Part shown: positions 27,126 through 36,201 of the stretch, piece after piece | Layout of the letters: every line of letters starts with the position of its first letter | Position numbering within the stretch: position 1 is the first letter of the stretch | Origin: a virus | Virus record (IMG/VR): IMGVR_UViG_3300044815_000115 | Span: 1-64,000 of that record | Length of the DNA stretch: 64,000 nucleotides | Direction: 5' to 3' (one strand) | The notes under the pieces: model-generated | Seen by the model: only the letters and a program-made list of their open reading frames with translations | Told to the model about the DNA's origin: nothing | The model's database searches: none | Made by a program: the position numbers and the translations under genes

Positions 27126-27316
27126 CCAGCCCCGAACCGATCACGGAGCACGCGATCCTGATGTCCGGTGGTTCGATGCAGGCCCGGCCGAACGGAGGCC
27201 ACATCGAACGCGTCTACCCTCTCGCCCAGTGGGTTCCGGACAACCAGCGTTTCGGCGGGAAGGTGTACCGGCGGACGGTGATCGTCGTCGAGGACTGGTG
27301 GGAGGTGGAGCGGTGA
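27122..27316 (+). CDS. hypothetical protein
   Basis: GGKVYRRTVIVVEDW. Confidence 0.55.
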   Translation: MTSPEPITEHAILMSGGSMQARPNGGHIERVYPLAQWVPDNQRFGGKVYRRTVIVVEDWWEVER

Positions 27317-27726
27317 TCGCGTGGAACCGTTTCGACCACACGGCGCCGACCGTAACCGGCCCGGCCGACACCACCGGCGAGTCGCCCTACTGGGTGGTGG
27401 AGGACCGCCGCCCCGCCCGGTCGACGATCGCCTACTTCACCGACTCGGGGTGGATGCTGGCGGACGGCTCCGACGATGCCAGCATCTCGTGGTGGGCTGA
27501 GATCGAATACCCGGCACCGCCTGCCGAGGAGAACGCCGGCTACCGCAGAACCCCGACGGACGACGCGAGGGGGGCAGCCGCTGACGTGGCCGGAGCGGTC
27601 GCGAACCTCATCCGGGCCACCGACCCCACCGATCCGCGCTACGACGCGTTCAGGGAGGCGTACGGCCTGGCGCTGGAGGCTGCCGGGCTCGTGCCGGAGG
27701 AGACGCGGCCGAGGATGAGAGGCTGA
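27313..27726 (+). CDS. hypothetical protein
   Basis: GTGA overlap. Confidence 0.55.
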   Translation: MIAWNRFDHTAPTVTGPADTTGESPYWVVEDRRPARSTIAYFTDSGWMLADGSDDASISWWAEIEYPAPPAEENAGYRRTPTDDARGAAADVAGAVANLIRATDPTDPRYDAFREAYGLALEAAGLVPEETRPRMRG

Positions 27727-27789
27727 GCGCATGAGGTTCATCGCAGCTGCGTGGGATGACATCGTCCGTGGCCTCTGGGCCGGCGTGGA

Positions 27790-28143
27790 TTGGCTGATGT
27801 ACGGATGACCGGCATGGACGAGTTGCGCAACGCTGGCGTCACCGGAGCCGAGTTCGCCGCGACGGTCAAGCGCAATGCCCAGGCTCTCGCCGAGCTGTGG
27901 AACTTCGCTGGGGCAGCAACCGGGCGCACCGAACCGCCGATGATCACCCACAAGGGCGGCATCCCGTGGCATGAGGCCCCAATGCCACGCCGCTGGCACC
28001 GCTGCTGGGCGCAGACCGAGGGCAGTGTGGACGGGGCCGTCTGGACGGCCCGCTGCGCCTGTGGGGCCACCCGGCGCTTCCCCAGTCTGCTCACCTCCTC
28101 GGGCCCGTGGATCGAGCGCAACTCCCGGCGGCGAGCGAAGTGA
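27790..28143 (+). CDS. hypothetical protein
   Basis: IPWHEAPMPRRWHRCWAQT...RCACGA...WIERNSR. Confidence 0.65.
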   Translation: MADVRMTGMDELRNAGVTGAEFAATVKRNAQALAELWNFAGAATGRTEPPMITHKGGIPWHEAPMPRRWHRCWAQTEGSVDGAVWTARCACGATRRFPSLLTSSGPWIERNSRRRAK

Positions 28144-28637
28144 CCGGCATGGACGATCTGGTGACCTGGCTGCGCGCCCGGCTGGACGCACGCGAGCGGG
28201 AGCTGGACGAGGACGCGCGGGTGGCGAGTGCTGCCCTGCTGTCTCCAAGCGCGTCCCTCGCGGCCCAGCTCGGCATGAGCCTGTGGGAGCCGCGCGACAT
28301 CGGCGGCCCGGAGATGCCCTCGGTCTGCGAAGGCACGGCCATCGTGGCCAGTAAGCTGGCCGACGAACACGCCGCGCACATCGCCCGCTGGGATCCGGCC
28401 CACGTGCTGCGCAAGGTCGCCACCGAGCGGGCCGAGGTGGATGCCCAGCGGCGGATCCTGGAGCGGCCCGGCCCGGTCTGCGATTGCTCCGAGTCGGATC
28501 CCCCGATGGATCCAGAGACCAGGTGGACAACGCCGCTGCCACATCACTTCGACTGCGCCAGCTACGAGACGGCGAAGCTGCTCGCCCTGCCGTGCGCCGA
28601 CCGGGCTGGCTACCGCGAGGATTGGCGACCGGAGTGA
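28140..28637 (+). CDS. DUF6221 family protein
   Basis: DDLVTWLRARLD, HIARWDPAHVL, LLALP.ADR.GYREDWRP. Confidence 0.8.
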   Translation: MTGMDDLVTWLRARLDARERELDEDARVASAALLSPSASLAAQLGMSLWEPRDIGGPEMPSVCEGTAIVASKLADEHAAHIARWDPAHVLRKVATERAEVDAQRRILERPGPVCDCSESDPPMDPETRWTTPLPHHFDCASYETAKLLALPCADRAGYREDWRPE

Positions 28638-28888
28638 TCAATCCCGAGGACTTCGAACCGGAACTGGACGACCTGCCCCGCTCGCAGCTGCGGGAGGGCT
28701 CGCTCGGGGACATGCCGGGCGACGTCGCTGACGTCCTGGACGACTGGCTGCACGAGCAGCACGGGGTCACATCCAGCCACCACGGGGTCGGCTCGTTCCT
28801 GGAAGGGTTGGCCGACGCCGGATACCGGGTCACGAAGATCGACCCTGGACCGTCGTTCGAGGAGCTGCTACCGGCGCCGACCGAATGA
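28634..28888 (+). CDS. hypothetical protein
   Basis: Overlap chain. Confidence 0.55.
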   Translation: MINPEDFEPELDDLPRSQLREGSLGDMPGDVADVLDDWLHEQHGVTSSHHGVGSFLEGLADAGYRVTKIDPGPSFEELLPAPTE

Positions 28889-29295
28889 GCGATGTGCCCG
28901 ATCAGTCGCACCGGGACAATGGCCTGATGTCCCTCCACCGTGTCGCCCTCGTCGCTGTCGCCCTTGTGATGCTGGCCGGCTGTTCCAAGCCGAACCGGGC
29001 CGCCGACTTCGAGGAGCCCGCCGTGCAGCCTGTCGTCACGGCGTCGCAGGTGGACCTTCCGTCTGCGGTCCCGTCAGTCGCGCCGACGACTGCCCCGACC
29101 GCGGCGACACCCAAGCCGAAGCCGAAGGCGACGACGAAGCCCGCCCCGAAGGCGACGACGGACGAGCCCGAGGTGGCCTACTACGCGAACTGCTCGGAGG
29201 TGCGGGCTGCGGGTGCCGACCCGATCCGTGTCGGCGATCCGGGTTATTCCCGCAAGCTGGACCGTGACGGTGACGGCGTGGCCTGCGAGTCCTGA
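28885..29295 (+). CDS. Excalibur calcium-binding domain lipoprotein
   Basis: LAGC lipobox; YYANCSEVRAAGADPIRVGDPGYSRKLDRDGDGVACE. Confidence 0.9.
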   Translation: MSDVPDQSHRDNGLMSLHRVALVAVALVMLAGCSKPNRAADFEEPAVQPVVTASQVDLPSAVPSVAPTTAPTAATPKPKPKATTKPAPKATTDEPEVAYYANCSEVRAAGADPIRVGDPGYSRKLDRDGDGVACES

Positions 29296-29375
29296 CCCTT
29301 CGCCCGATGTATCGCCGCTGATGGTTTGCGAGTCGCACCTAGACTTCATCACCCGACCCCGCGAATGGATGGCCC

Positions 29376-30005
29376 ATGCCCGAGTCTCGAAGAATGTGGC
29401 GGTGGCTCACCGTCGGCGCTGTCCTCGCCACCACCACGGCCGTCGCCGTCGGTGTCGCGTCCGCAGCGACCACTCAGGCCACTCCGTCGGTGCGCTTCAC
29501 GAAGATCTACTACAACTCGCCGGGTACCGACACCCGGTCTAACGCCAGCCTCAACGGCGAGTGGGTGCGCCTCACGAACATGACCGCGAAGGCGATCGCG
29601 TTGAAGGGCTGGAAGGTCCGTGACGTTGCCGGGCACACCTACACGTTCGGCAGCTACACGCTCCCGGCTCGTGCGAATGTGTATGTCCACACCGGTAAGG
29701 GCACGAACGGCAGGCCGGACAGTCAGCACCGGTATTGGCAGTCGGGCAACTACATCTGGAACAACACCGGGGACGCGGCCACGTTGCGTGACAGCAAGGG
29801 TGCCGTGGTCCATTCGTGCAAGTGGGGCAAGACGGGTTCGGTGACCTATTGCGGGTCGACCCCGACGAGCACCCCGACGTCGAAGCCGACGACCAGGCCG
29901 ACGATGACCACTCCGCCGACGACGAAACCGACGACTGTCCCACCGTCGTCTACACCACCGACCGGCGCTACACCACCTTCGTCTACACCGCCACCGATCG
30001 GCTAG
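29376..30005 (+). CDS. secreted lamin-tail-domain protein
   Basis: Signal peptide; YNSPGTD...LNGEWVRL...YTF...VHTGKG...WNNTGD; PT-rich tail. Confidence 0.85.
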   Translation: MPESRRMWRWLTVGAVLATTTAVAVGVASAATTQATPSVRFTKIYYNSPGTDTRSNASLNGEWVRLTNMTAKAIALKGWKVRDVAGHTYTFGSYTLPARANVYVHTGKGTNGRPDSQHRYWQSGNYIWNNTGDAATLRDSKGAVVHSCKWGKTGSVTYCGSTPTSTPTSKPTTRPTMTTPPTTKPTTVPPSSTPPTGATPPSSTPPPIG

Positions 30006-30121
30006 TCGGTCTTCCCGGCGGCGTCGTGGCTACGGCTGCGGCGCCGCTTTCTTGTCGCCGGGCGGCTCGTAGTCCTTCCGACGGGGCATCTTCGCACCGG
30101 GTCGCTTGAGGAACGCAGCGA

Positions 30122-30325
30122 TCATCCGCGCCGGTGTCGGGCCGGGTGACCTTCCCGCCACGCCTTGATCTCTTCCGGCTCCCACAGTGGCGTGCGCCCA
30201 ACGTGTTTGGGCTGCGGAAACCCGGGCGACTTGGCCGCCATCCGGTAGACCGACGCACGCTTCACTCCTAGGTGGTCGGCTACTTCTTGCGCGGTCCACA
30301 GGCCGCCGATAGTCATACTCAGCAT
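30122..30325 (-). CDS. AlpA-like HTH regulator
   Basis: WTAQEVADHLGVKRASVY...FPQP...GRTPLWEPEEIKAW. Confidence 0.8.
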   Translation of the reverse strand: MLSMTIGGLWTAQEVADHLGVKRASVYRMAAKSPGFPQPKHVGRTPLWEPEEIKAWREGHPARHRRG

Positions 30326-30376
30326 GATAAGCTAGTCCTAGTCAATCGGACTAAGATCAGCAGGCAGGGAGACCGC

Positions 30377-30577
30377 GTGAGCAAGTTCAAGATCGGCGAC
30401 ATGGTGCAGATGCCCGGCGTTCCGTTCGTCGTCGAAGTCCTCGAGATCGGCGTCTGCGAGGACTACGAGAAGGGCTCGCAGTTCTGCAACAACGAGGAGA
30501 CATTCCGGTTCAAGGACCCCGGTGGTCAAGGTGACGACTGGGCGCACGCCGACGAGTTCGAGAAGGTGGCCGCGTGA
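30377..30577 (+). CDS. hypothetical protein
   Basis: KFKIGDMV start; divergent from the AlpA-like gene. Confidence 0.6.
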   Translation: MSKFKIGDMVQMPGVPFVVEVLEIGVCEDYEKGSQFCNNEETFRFKDPGGQGDDWAHADEFEKVAA

Positions 30578-30786
30578 ACGACATCGAGAAGTACGCCGTC
30601 ACCCTGGTCGGCGCTGGTGCCCTGAGTTACGCCGAGGACGACATCGACGAGGAAGGCGAGTTCGACGCCGAGGACGACTGGCGCACGGCCCGCACGCTCG
30701 GCCTGAAGATGGCGACAGCCGTCCGCGACAACCCGGAGGCGTTCCTCGCCTGGTACGTCTCGATCGTGCCGGCGGATGCGTCATGA
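30574..30786 (+). CDS. hypothetical protein
   Basis: Overlap chain. Confidence 0.6.
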   Translation: MNDIEKYAVTLVGAGALSYAEDDIDEEGEFDAEDDWRTARTLGLKMATAVRDNPEAFLAWYVSIVPADAS

Positions 30787-30968
30787 GCGACCTGGACTAC
30801 CAGCAGCTGCACGACGACCTGATCGAAGAACTGCAGCGCAACATCCCCCAGGACTGGGAAGCCTCCGAGGGTTCGGCCGAATCGATCGTCGTCGACTACG
30901 TGCGGGAGATCGAACGGCGACTGATCGCGCTCGGTGGCTCACTCGAGCGTTGGCCAGGTGAGAGCTGA
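30783..30968 (+). CDS. hypothetical protein
   Basis: Overlap chain. Confidence 0.55.
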   Translation: MSDLDYQQLHDDLIEELQRNIPQDWEASEGSAESIVVDYVREIERRLIALGGSLERWPGES

Positions 30969-31366
30969 TGAGCTACGACATCAACGTCTCGGGCGAGATC
31001 CGCATCGACCCGCCGATCCTCGCCGAGGAAGCCCACGCCGCTGGTTTCAGCGGACCCGGCGCGTTCGGTGACAAGGATGTGGCCATCCGCCAGTTGGACG
31101 AGCCCGTGGCCGGCATTCCTGGGGCCTACCGGCGTCTCGTTACCGCGATCGTTCCGGCCATGGCCACCTATACCGCCTATCACCTCGTCGAGCACATCCA
31201 GGAAATCCTGGACCGCTGGGGCGAGGGCCGCACCTTCACCGGACGCTTCGACTGCTCCGACCCGGACACGGGCGGGCTGTGGCGGGTCGAGGTCCACGAC
31301 GGGCGGGCGGTCGAGGTCAAGCCCCGGATCGTCTGGCCCGACGGCAGTGAGGAGGCCGCACAGTGA
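30968..31366 (+). CDS. DUF6205-like protein
   Basis: MSY...GEIRIDPP...WRV...EVKPRIVWPD. Confidence 0.6.
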   Translation: MSYDINVSGEIRIDPPILAEEAHAAGFSGPGAFGDKDVAIRQLDEPVAGIPGAYRRLVTAIVPAMATYTAYHLVEHIQEILDRWGEGRTFTGRFDCSDPDTGGLWRVEVHDGRAVEVKPRIVWPDGSEEAAQ

Positions 31367-31557
31367 TCACCACCATCCCCCGCGACCAGATCCTCGAGGT
31401 GATGGAGCGGTACAACGACTGCTGGGACCTGCGCGAGGACCCGCCGGCCGTTGTGGTCCGCCACCTCGCCATGACGTTGGCGACGGGAGCGGCTGAGGAG
31501 CGGGCCGAAGCTGTCGACCTCCATGAGCTCGTCGACCGGATCGAGGCGTCACAGTGA
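31363..31557 (+). CDS. hypothetical protein
   Basis: Overlap chain. Confidence 0.5.
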   Translation: MITTIPRDQILEVMERYNDCWDLREDPPAVVVRHLAMTLATGAAEERAEAVDLHELVDRIEASQ

Positions 31558-32000
31558 ACCCGGCAATCTCGGAGGCAGACACGCTCGCCGAGCGTGCCCA
31601 CTTCGGCCAGGTCGACAAGGCCGGCAATCCGTACATCGACCACCCGAGGGCCGTGGCGAAGATCCTCGCCGACAAGGGGCTAGGCGACAACGCGGTCATG
31701 GCCGGACTACTCCACGACGTTGTCGAGGACACCGACGTCACCCTCGATGACCTGCGTGAGGCCGGCTACCCGGAAGAGGTCGTGCGAGCTGTCGACTCAG
31801 TGACAAGGCGGGCAGACGAGACGTACATGGATCTGATCCGACGGGCCGCCGCTGACCCGCTTGGACGGCTGGTGAAGCTGGCTGACAACGAGAACAACAG
31901 TGACCCGGCACGACTGGCCCTGCTCGACGAGGAGCAGCGGGCGTGGTTTACCAGGAAGTACGCCAAGGCCCGGGTTGCGCTGCTCGGGGAGGCCTCGTGA
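31554..32000 (+). CDS. HD-domain hydrolase (RelA/SpoT hydrolase-like)
   Basis: AHFGQVDKAGNPYIDHP, LLHDVVEDT, VKLAD. Confidence 0.85.
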   Translation: MNPAISEADTLAERAHFGQVDKAGNPYIDHPRAVAKILADKGLGDNAVMAGLLHDVVEDTDVTLDDLREAGYPEEVVRAVDSVTRRADETYMDLIRRAAADPLGRLVKLADNENNSDPARLALLDEEQRAWFTRKYAKARVALLGEAS

Positions 32001-32185
32001 ACCCCTACGAGGAGCGCACCGAACGGCAGTGGTTTCTGCGGGACAAGCGTGACGCCCTGCACCGCTGTGACGACGAGCAGGACGCGGTCCTGCAGCTCGA
32101 CGAGTACACCCGACAGTGCGGTGAGGGCGGGGTTGTGTTCTACCGCGACGTCACCACGGGGGCGTTGACCGAGGTCGGGCGGTGA
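31997..32185 (+). CDS. hypothetical protein
   Basis: Overlap chain. Confidence 0.5.
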   Translation: MNPYEERTERQWFLRDKRDALHRCDDEQDAVLQLDEYTRQCGEGGVVFYRDVTTGALTEVGR

Positions 32186-32448
32186 GCGACGTTGGCGAGT
32201 CTCAGCGCCTCATCGACGCTCTGCTCGACGCAGGTTGGACGGTAGTCGGCGAGCGCAGTGGCATCTACAAGCGGCTCGGCTTGCGCGACGGACGGAAGGG
32301 TTGCTCGCTTGTCGTGCCCCTCGACCCGACCGCGCCCGATCATGGGGAGCTGTTGGCCGCCGTGTTTGCCACGCTCGAAACCGCCATGCGCGACGGGCAG
32401 TCTGCCCGTCAGGTACTGCACCGGATGAAGCCGGAGCTCTACCCGTAA
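32182..32448 (+). CDS. hypothetical protein
   Basis: LLDAGW...LVVPLDPTAPD. Confidence 0.6.
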   Translation: MSDVGESQRLIDALLDAGWTVVGERSGIYKRLGLRDGRKGCSLVVPLDPTAPDHGELLAAVFATLETAMRDGQSARQVLHRMKPELYP

Positions 32449-32845
32449 CCACCCCTCGTGGACCTGCCGGCCCGTGCCCGACCGTCCCGCCCGCATTGCC
32501 GCTAGTCGTGTCGGCGGATGCCCGGATGGTCCTCGGTGGATCTGTGAATCGGTGACAGCCGACCACTCCAAGATCGACGCTGCGATGTGGTGCCGTCGCC
32601 CACCGCGACAGTAGAACTGCACGTTTCCGCTGGTGTGGACATTGAAAAGTGAGGTTGGAAAGTTTCCGCCCCATTCGTCGATCAACCGCTAAGCGATCTA
32701 GAACGGCTGGATGGATAATGCATGCCGGACGGTTGGACACGCTCGTGAAGCGTTCAGCCGGAAGAATGAAATGTGCCCGTAACCTGCGCCACACTAGTGC
32801 GGTTGCTCGATTGAACTCGATCACACGAGAGACCTGGGGGGATCC

Positions 32846-33427
32846 GTGTACGACGACATAGGCGGGACCACCCGCGACAATCTGACCGCCGGCAAACCAC
32901 TCCCGGCGGAGCAGGTCACCGGTGAGCCCGACGACGAACCAGACGACAAACCCGGCAAGAAACCCGGCATCCCCGACCTGGAAAAGCTGAACCGCCGCTA
33001 CGGGCTGATCCTCATGATCGGCGGGCTCGCCGTCGTCTTCCTCACCGTCACCGGCATCCTCCTCTTCGAAGAGAACCTCCGGGGGAGCCGGCCGCCGTTC
33101 GTGACCATGTCCGTGATCATCGCGTTTTTGAGCATGGGCGTCACCGGCATCGCGGTCGGCCTGCAGGAGATCTTGCAGCGGTACGGCCGGCACCTCACGC
33201 GTAAGGTGCTGGCGAAGCAGGCGGAGCAGGCCCGCCGCCTGCACGATGCGATGTCGGAGCAGGCCGAGCAGGTCCGCCTCCTGCGTGAGTTGACTACCGC
33301 GATGGACCTGTTCAGGGAGCGGCTGGCGGCGATCGAGCTGGCGATCGCGAAGGTGCCCGACTACGGCGCCGGTGTGATCGACGGCATGCAGATCCGGCAG
33401 TCCGCGGGGCAGCAGGACGGCGGCTAG
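32846..33427 (+). CDS. membrane protein with coiled coil
   Basis: Two TM segments followed by a heptad region. Confidence 0.65.
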   Translation: MYDDIGGTTRDNLTAGKPLPAEQVTGEPDDEPDDKPGKKPGIPDLEKLNRRYGLILMIGGLAVVFLTVTGILLFEENLRGSRPPFVTMSVIIAFLSMGVTGIAVGLQEILQRYGRHLTRKVLAKQAEQARRLHDAMSEQAEQVRLLRELTTAMDLFRERLAAIELAIAKVPDYGAGVIDGMQIRQSAGQQDGG

Positions 33428-33513
33428 GCGGCGTTCCGCTTTTGCTGAGGTGGGGCGGACGTCCGCCTGTCCGCCCCGCAAGACGTCCGGACGGGCGTCC
33501 CTAGTGTTCTTCC

Positions 33514-33927
33514 GTGATCACTCCCCAACCGGGCGGCGCCCCCGTCTACGCCCGGTTGGCTGACCTGCTGAGACGTGACATCCTGAGCGGTCGCCTGCGG
33601 CCCGGGCAGGCGATTCCGTCGGAGGTGACCCTGCAGCAGGAGTTCGGGCTGGGGCGGCACACCGTCAGGCGGGCGGTGGCGGTTCTACGCGCTGAGGGCC
33701 TTGTTGTCGTAGCCAAGGGTCATGGTGTGCTGGTGAGAGAGCGCGCTGAAATGCAGGATCTTGTTCCCGTCGCGGGGTCGACGGTGACCGCCCGGATGCC
33801 CACGGTTGAGGAACGCGCCGAGCATGGCGTCGACGAGGGCGTGCCGGTGTTCTCGGTGATCGGCCCGGACGGTGCCGCCCGGATTTTCCCGGGGGACCGG
33901 TGGCAGTTGCGGTGGCCGAGCCTCTGA
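33514..33927 (+). CDS. GntR-family regulator (KorA/KorSA-like position)
   Basis: PVYARLADLLRRDILSG...PSEVTLQQEFGLGRHTVRRA; TAGTGT -10 and GGACGTCC-type palindromes at 33455-33500. Confidence 0.85.
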   Translation: MITPQPGGAPVYARLADLLRRDILSGRLRPGQAIPSEVTLQQEFGLGRHTVRRAVAVLRAEGLVVVAKGHGVLVRERAEMQDLVPVAGSTVTARMPTVEERAEHGVDEGVPVFSVIGPDGAARIFPGDRWQLRWPSL

Positions 33928-33980
33928 GCGCTTGCTCGAGACCCTGTCCGGCTGGACCCGGAGCCCCCGCCTGGCCGTCC

Positions 33981-34230
33981 GGTGACCCCGTGGTGCCCCC
34001 AAAGCTTTTAGCTGATCGATCAGCGCCTATATGGGAACGCGGTTCTTGCAGTTCAGGAATGGTGGGGCGGGCGGGACTCGAACCCGCGACCGAGGGATTA
34101 TGAGTCCCCTTTTGGTCGAATAGGCTGACCTGCCGATTAGGCCGTTTCGCCTGCTAGACCACCATCCCCAGGCGATGACTGGCGATGACTGAGGGACGTT
34201 TGACGACTTCTGGTGCCCCCGTGACCCCAG
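33981..34230. other. attP site (arm-type sites, tRNA core, Xis-type repeats)
   Basis: GGTGACCCCG/TGGTGCCCCC at 33981-34000 and TGGTGCCCCC/GTGACCCCAG at 34211-34230; GGCGATGACT x2 at 34171-34190. Confidence 0.7.
34060..34110 (-). tRNA. 3' half of a CAT-anticodon tRNA (Ile2 or Met) serving as att core; not a complete gene
   Basis: Reverse complement AGGGGACTCATAATCCCTCGGTCGCGGGTTCGAGTCCCGCCCGCCCCACCA; no D-arm or 5' acceptor strand upstream. Confidence 0.85.
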
Positions 34231-34252
34231 AATTGCGCTAGCCTCTGCCGTC

Positions 34253-35635
34253 ATGGCGACCGTTGAGGAACGGGGTAACTCCACCAGGGTCAATTGGCGA
34301 CTCGGCGGCACCCGTGACGGTGCCCGGCAGTCTTGCACATTCCAGGGAACGTCCGTGGCGCGCGCAAAATTGGCGAACGCGGCGAAGGCCGTGATCGAGT
34401 CGCGGAACCACAACATGACCCGCGCCGAGTGTTACGCGGCGGTACTCGGGCAGGAGCCGGTCGCCACCGACTCGATCGTGCCGACGGTGAAGATGTGGGT
34501 CGGTCAGTACCTCGAGATGCGGGCTCGGGCCCGTGACGTGCAGCCCGACACCATCGAGCGGTACCGGCAGATCCTTCAGACGCGGGTGGTGCCCCGGCTC
34601 GGGCACCTGCGCCTCGACGAGATCACCGAGGACGACATCAAGGACTGGGTGGCGTGGATGTCCAGCCGTCGTGTGACGAAGGGCAGCCGGAACCGGGTCG
34701 CGACGGATCGTCTCCTTGCGGGGCAGACGGTGCGGCGGGCGCATTCGATCCTGCACACCTGCCTGGGTGCGGCGGTGCCGAGGTGGATCCCCCGGAATCC
34801 GGCGGCGCGGCCGGCGGGGGCACGCAAACATACTGCGGGCCTGCCGAAGGTTGAGGCGTTCGAGGGGATGTTCCTGACGCCTGCCGAGGTGCGCATGGTG
34901 CTGGACCGGTGCGGTGAGGCGATCCGGGACCTGGTGTACACGGATCTGCGCACCGGCATGCGGCTGGGTGAGATCGTCGCGTTGCAAGCCAAGCACGTCG
35001 CGCGGGGGCCCAACGGTGTCGTGGTGAAGGTGCGCCGGGCGTTGAAGGATGACGGGTCGATCGGGCCGCCGAAGTCGGCGAAGTCGATCCGTGACCTGCC
35101 GGTGAGCAACACGGTGGGGCGGATGCTGTTGGGGCGGGTCGCGGGGAGACGGCCGACGGATCTGGTGTTTCCGTCGCCGCGGGGCAAGGTGTGGGATGAG
35201 AATAATCTGCGGGAGCGGCATTGGCTGCCTGCGGTTGCCGCCGCCCAGCGGTGTGTGGAGCATCCGCCTGCGGAGCCGCCGAAGCCGAGGCGGGGGCCGA
35301 GGCGCAAGTTACGCAACGACGAGGTGTCGACGTGTCCATGTGAGACCCGGTTGACGCGGCGGCCGAGGTTGCACGATCTTCGCCACACGCATGCTTCGAT
35401 GCTGATTCATGCCGGGTTCACGCCGAAGAAGGTGCAGGGGCGGATGGGTCACGCCAGCTACCTCGTGACGATGAACATTTACGGTCACCTGTGGGACCTG
35501 GGTGATGAGGGCGAGCTGGACGCGGTGGAGCGGCTGCTGTCGGGCGATGTGTCTAGTCCTCACCGCGGGCGAGCTGGATCAGCCGAACGGCGTGTGCGAC
35601 GCGTTGCCGTTCGGCGTCGCGTTTCTGGTCGATGA
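34253..35635 (+). CDS. int: tyrosine recombinase/integrase
   Basis: TGMRLGEI, PKS, LHDLRHTH, MGH and IYGH catalytic motifs; adjacent to att. Confidence 0.95.
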   Translation: MATVEERGNSTRVNWRLGGTRDGARQSCTFQGTSVARAKLANAAKAVIESRNHNMTRAECYAAVLGQEPVATDSIVPTVKMWVGQYLEMRARARDVQPDTIERYRQILQTRVVPRLGHLRLDEITEDDIKDWVAWMSSRRVTKGSRNRVATDRLLAGQTVRRAHSILHTCLGAAVPRWIPRNPAARPAGARKHTAGLPKVEAFEGMFLTPAEVRMVLDRCGEAIRDLVYTDLRTGMRLGEIVALQAKHVARGPNGVVVKVRRALKDDGSIGPPKSAKSIRDLPVSNTVGRMLLGRVAGRRPTDLVFPSPRGKVWDENNLRERHWLPAVAAAQRCVEHPPAEPPKPRRGPRRKLRNDEVSTCPCETRLTRRPRLHDLRHTHASMLIHAGFTPKKVQGRMGHASYLVTMNIYGHLWDLGDEGELDAVERLLSGDVSSPHRGRAGSAERRVRRVAVRRRVSGR

Positions 35636-36002
35636 GGATTTCGACGATGAGGCGTTTCCGGTCGTCGGGGAGGTCGCTAAGCATGACCCGCCGTAGTGCC
35701 TCGTCCGGGTCGGCCGCGTTGTCGGCCGTCGTGGTCGCACCGTTGGCGGCGTCGGGGCGCATGGGGTTGAGGGTCGGTTCTCCCCCTGCGACGATGTCGT
35801 CGACGCTGCCTGCGGCCCAGCCGAGGGCGTTTTCGAGGGCGGCGATGGTGTTGGGCTCGTATTTTTCCCGGCGTCCGGTTTCGAGGTCGCCGAGGGTTCG
35901 CAAGCTGATGCCGAGGGCGTCGGCGAAGGGCTGCCGGGTTTTGTAGCGGAGTTGGACGCGGCGGGAGACGACGTACTTGCCGAGGCGTTCCCATGGCGTC
36001 AT
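35553..36002 (-). CDS. immunity repressor (XRE HTH)
   Basis: RLGKYVVSRR...FADALGISLRTLGDLETG...ALENALGW. Confidence 0.85.
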   Translation of the reverse strand: MTPWERLGKYVVSRRVQLRYKTRQPFADALGISLRTLGDLETGRREKYEPNTIAALENALGWAAGSVDDIVAGGEPTLNPMRPDAANGATTTADNAADPDEALRRVMLSDLPDDRKRLIVEILIDQKRDAERQRVAHAVRLIQLARGED

Positions 36003-36014
36003 GCGCTCATTGTG

Positions 36015-36200
36015 GTGGCAACTAGTGGCAACAGGAAGCCACGAAACGGCAGTTGACATTATTGTCACTCCCCCAGGCCGTACCGGATCTACTGATGCTA
36101 GTCGATGGATTGTCGCGCGCCGACTCATCCGAATGTACGGGATCGCCTGAGATTGCCTGTCATTGCTTGACCGACTGCCACAGGTTGCCTATGGTTGCCT
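36015..36200. promoter_or_regulatory. immunity region; rightward promoter TTGACC-N17-TATGGT (36167-36195) and GTTGCC/GGCAAC operator repeats
   Basis: Consensus spacing; leaderless cro ATG 6 nt downstream. Confidence 0.7.
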
Positions 36201-36201
36201 C

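Noticed and set aside
27214-28938. 574-aa minus-strand ORF and similar long antisense ORFs (830-2071, 32210-33481, 38352-39488, 52238-53431)
   Set aside because: Arg/Pro/Gly-rich shadow frames opposite well-formed genes, which is expected at 70% GC.
29860-30000. CCGACGAC tandem repeats
   Set aside because: Explained by the Pro/Thr-rich protein linker.
34060-34140. Complete tRNA gene
   Set aside because: Only the anticodon arm, T-arm and 3' acceptor strand are present; the upstream sequence cannot form a D-arm or the 5' acceptor strand.
35553-36002. Integration-dependent immunity (attP inside the repressor gene)
   Set aside because: The att core lies upstream of the integrase, outside the repressor gene.
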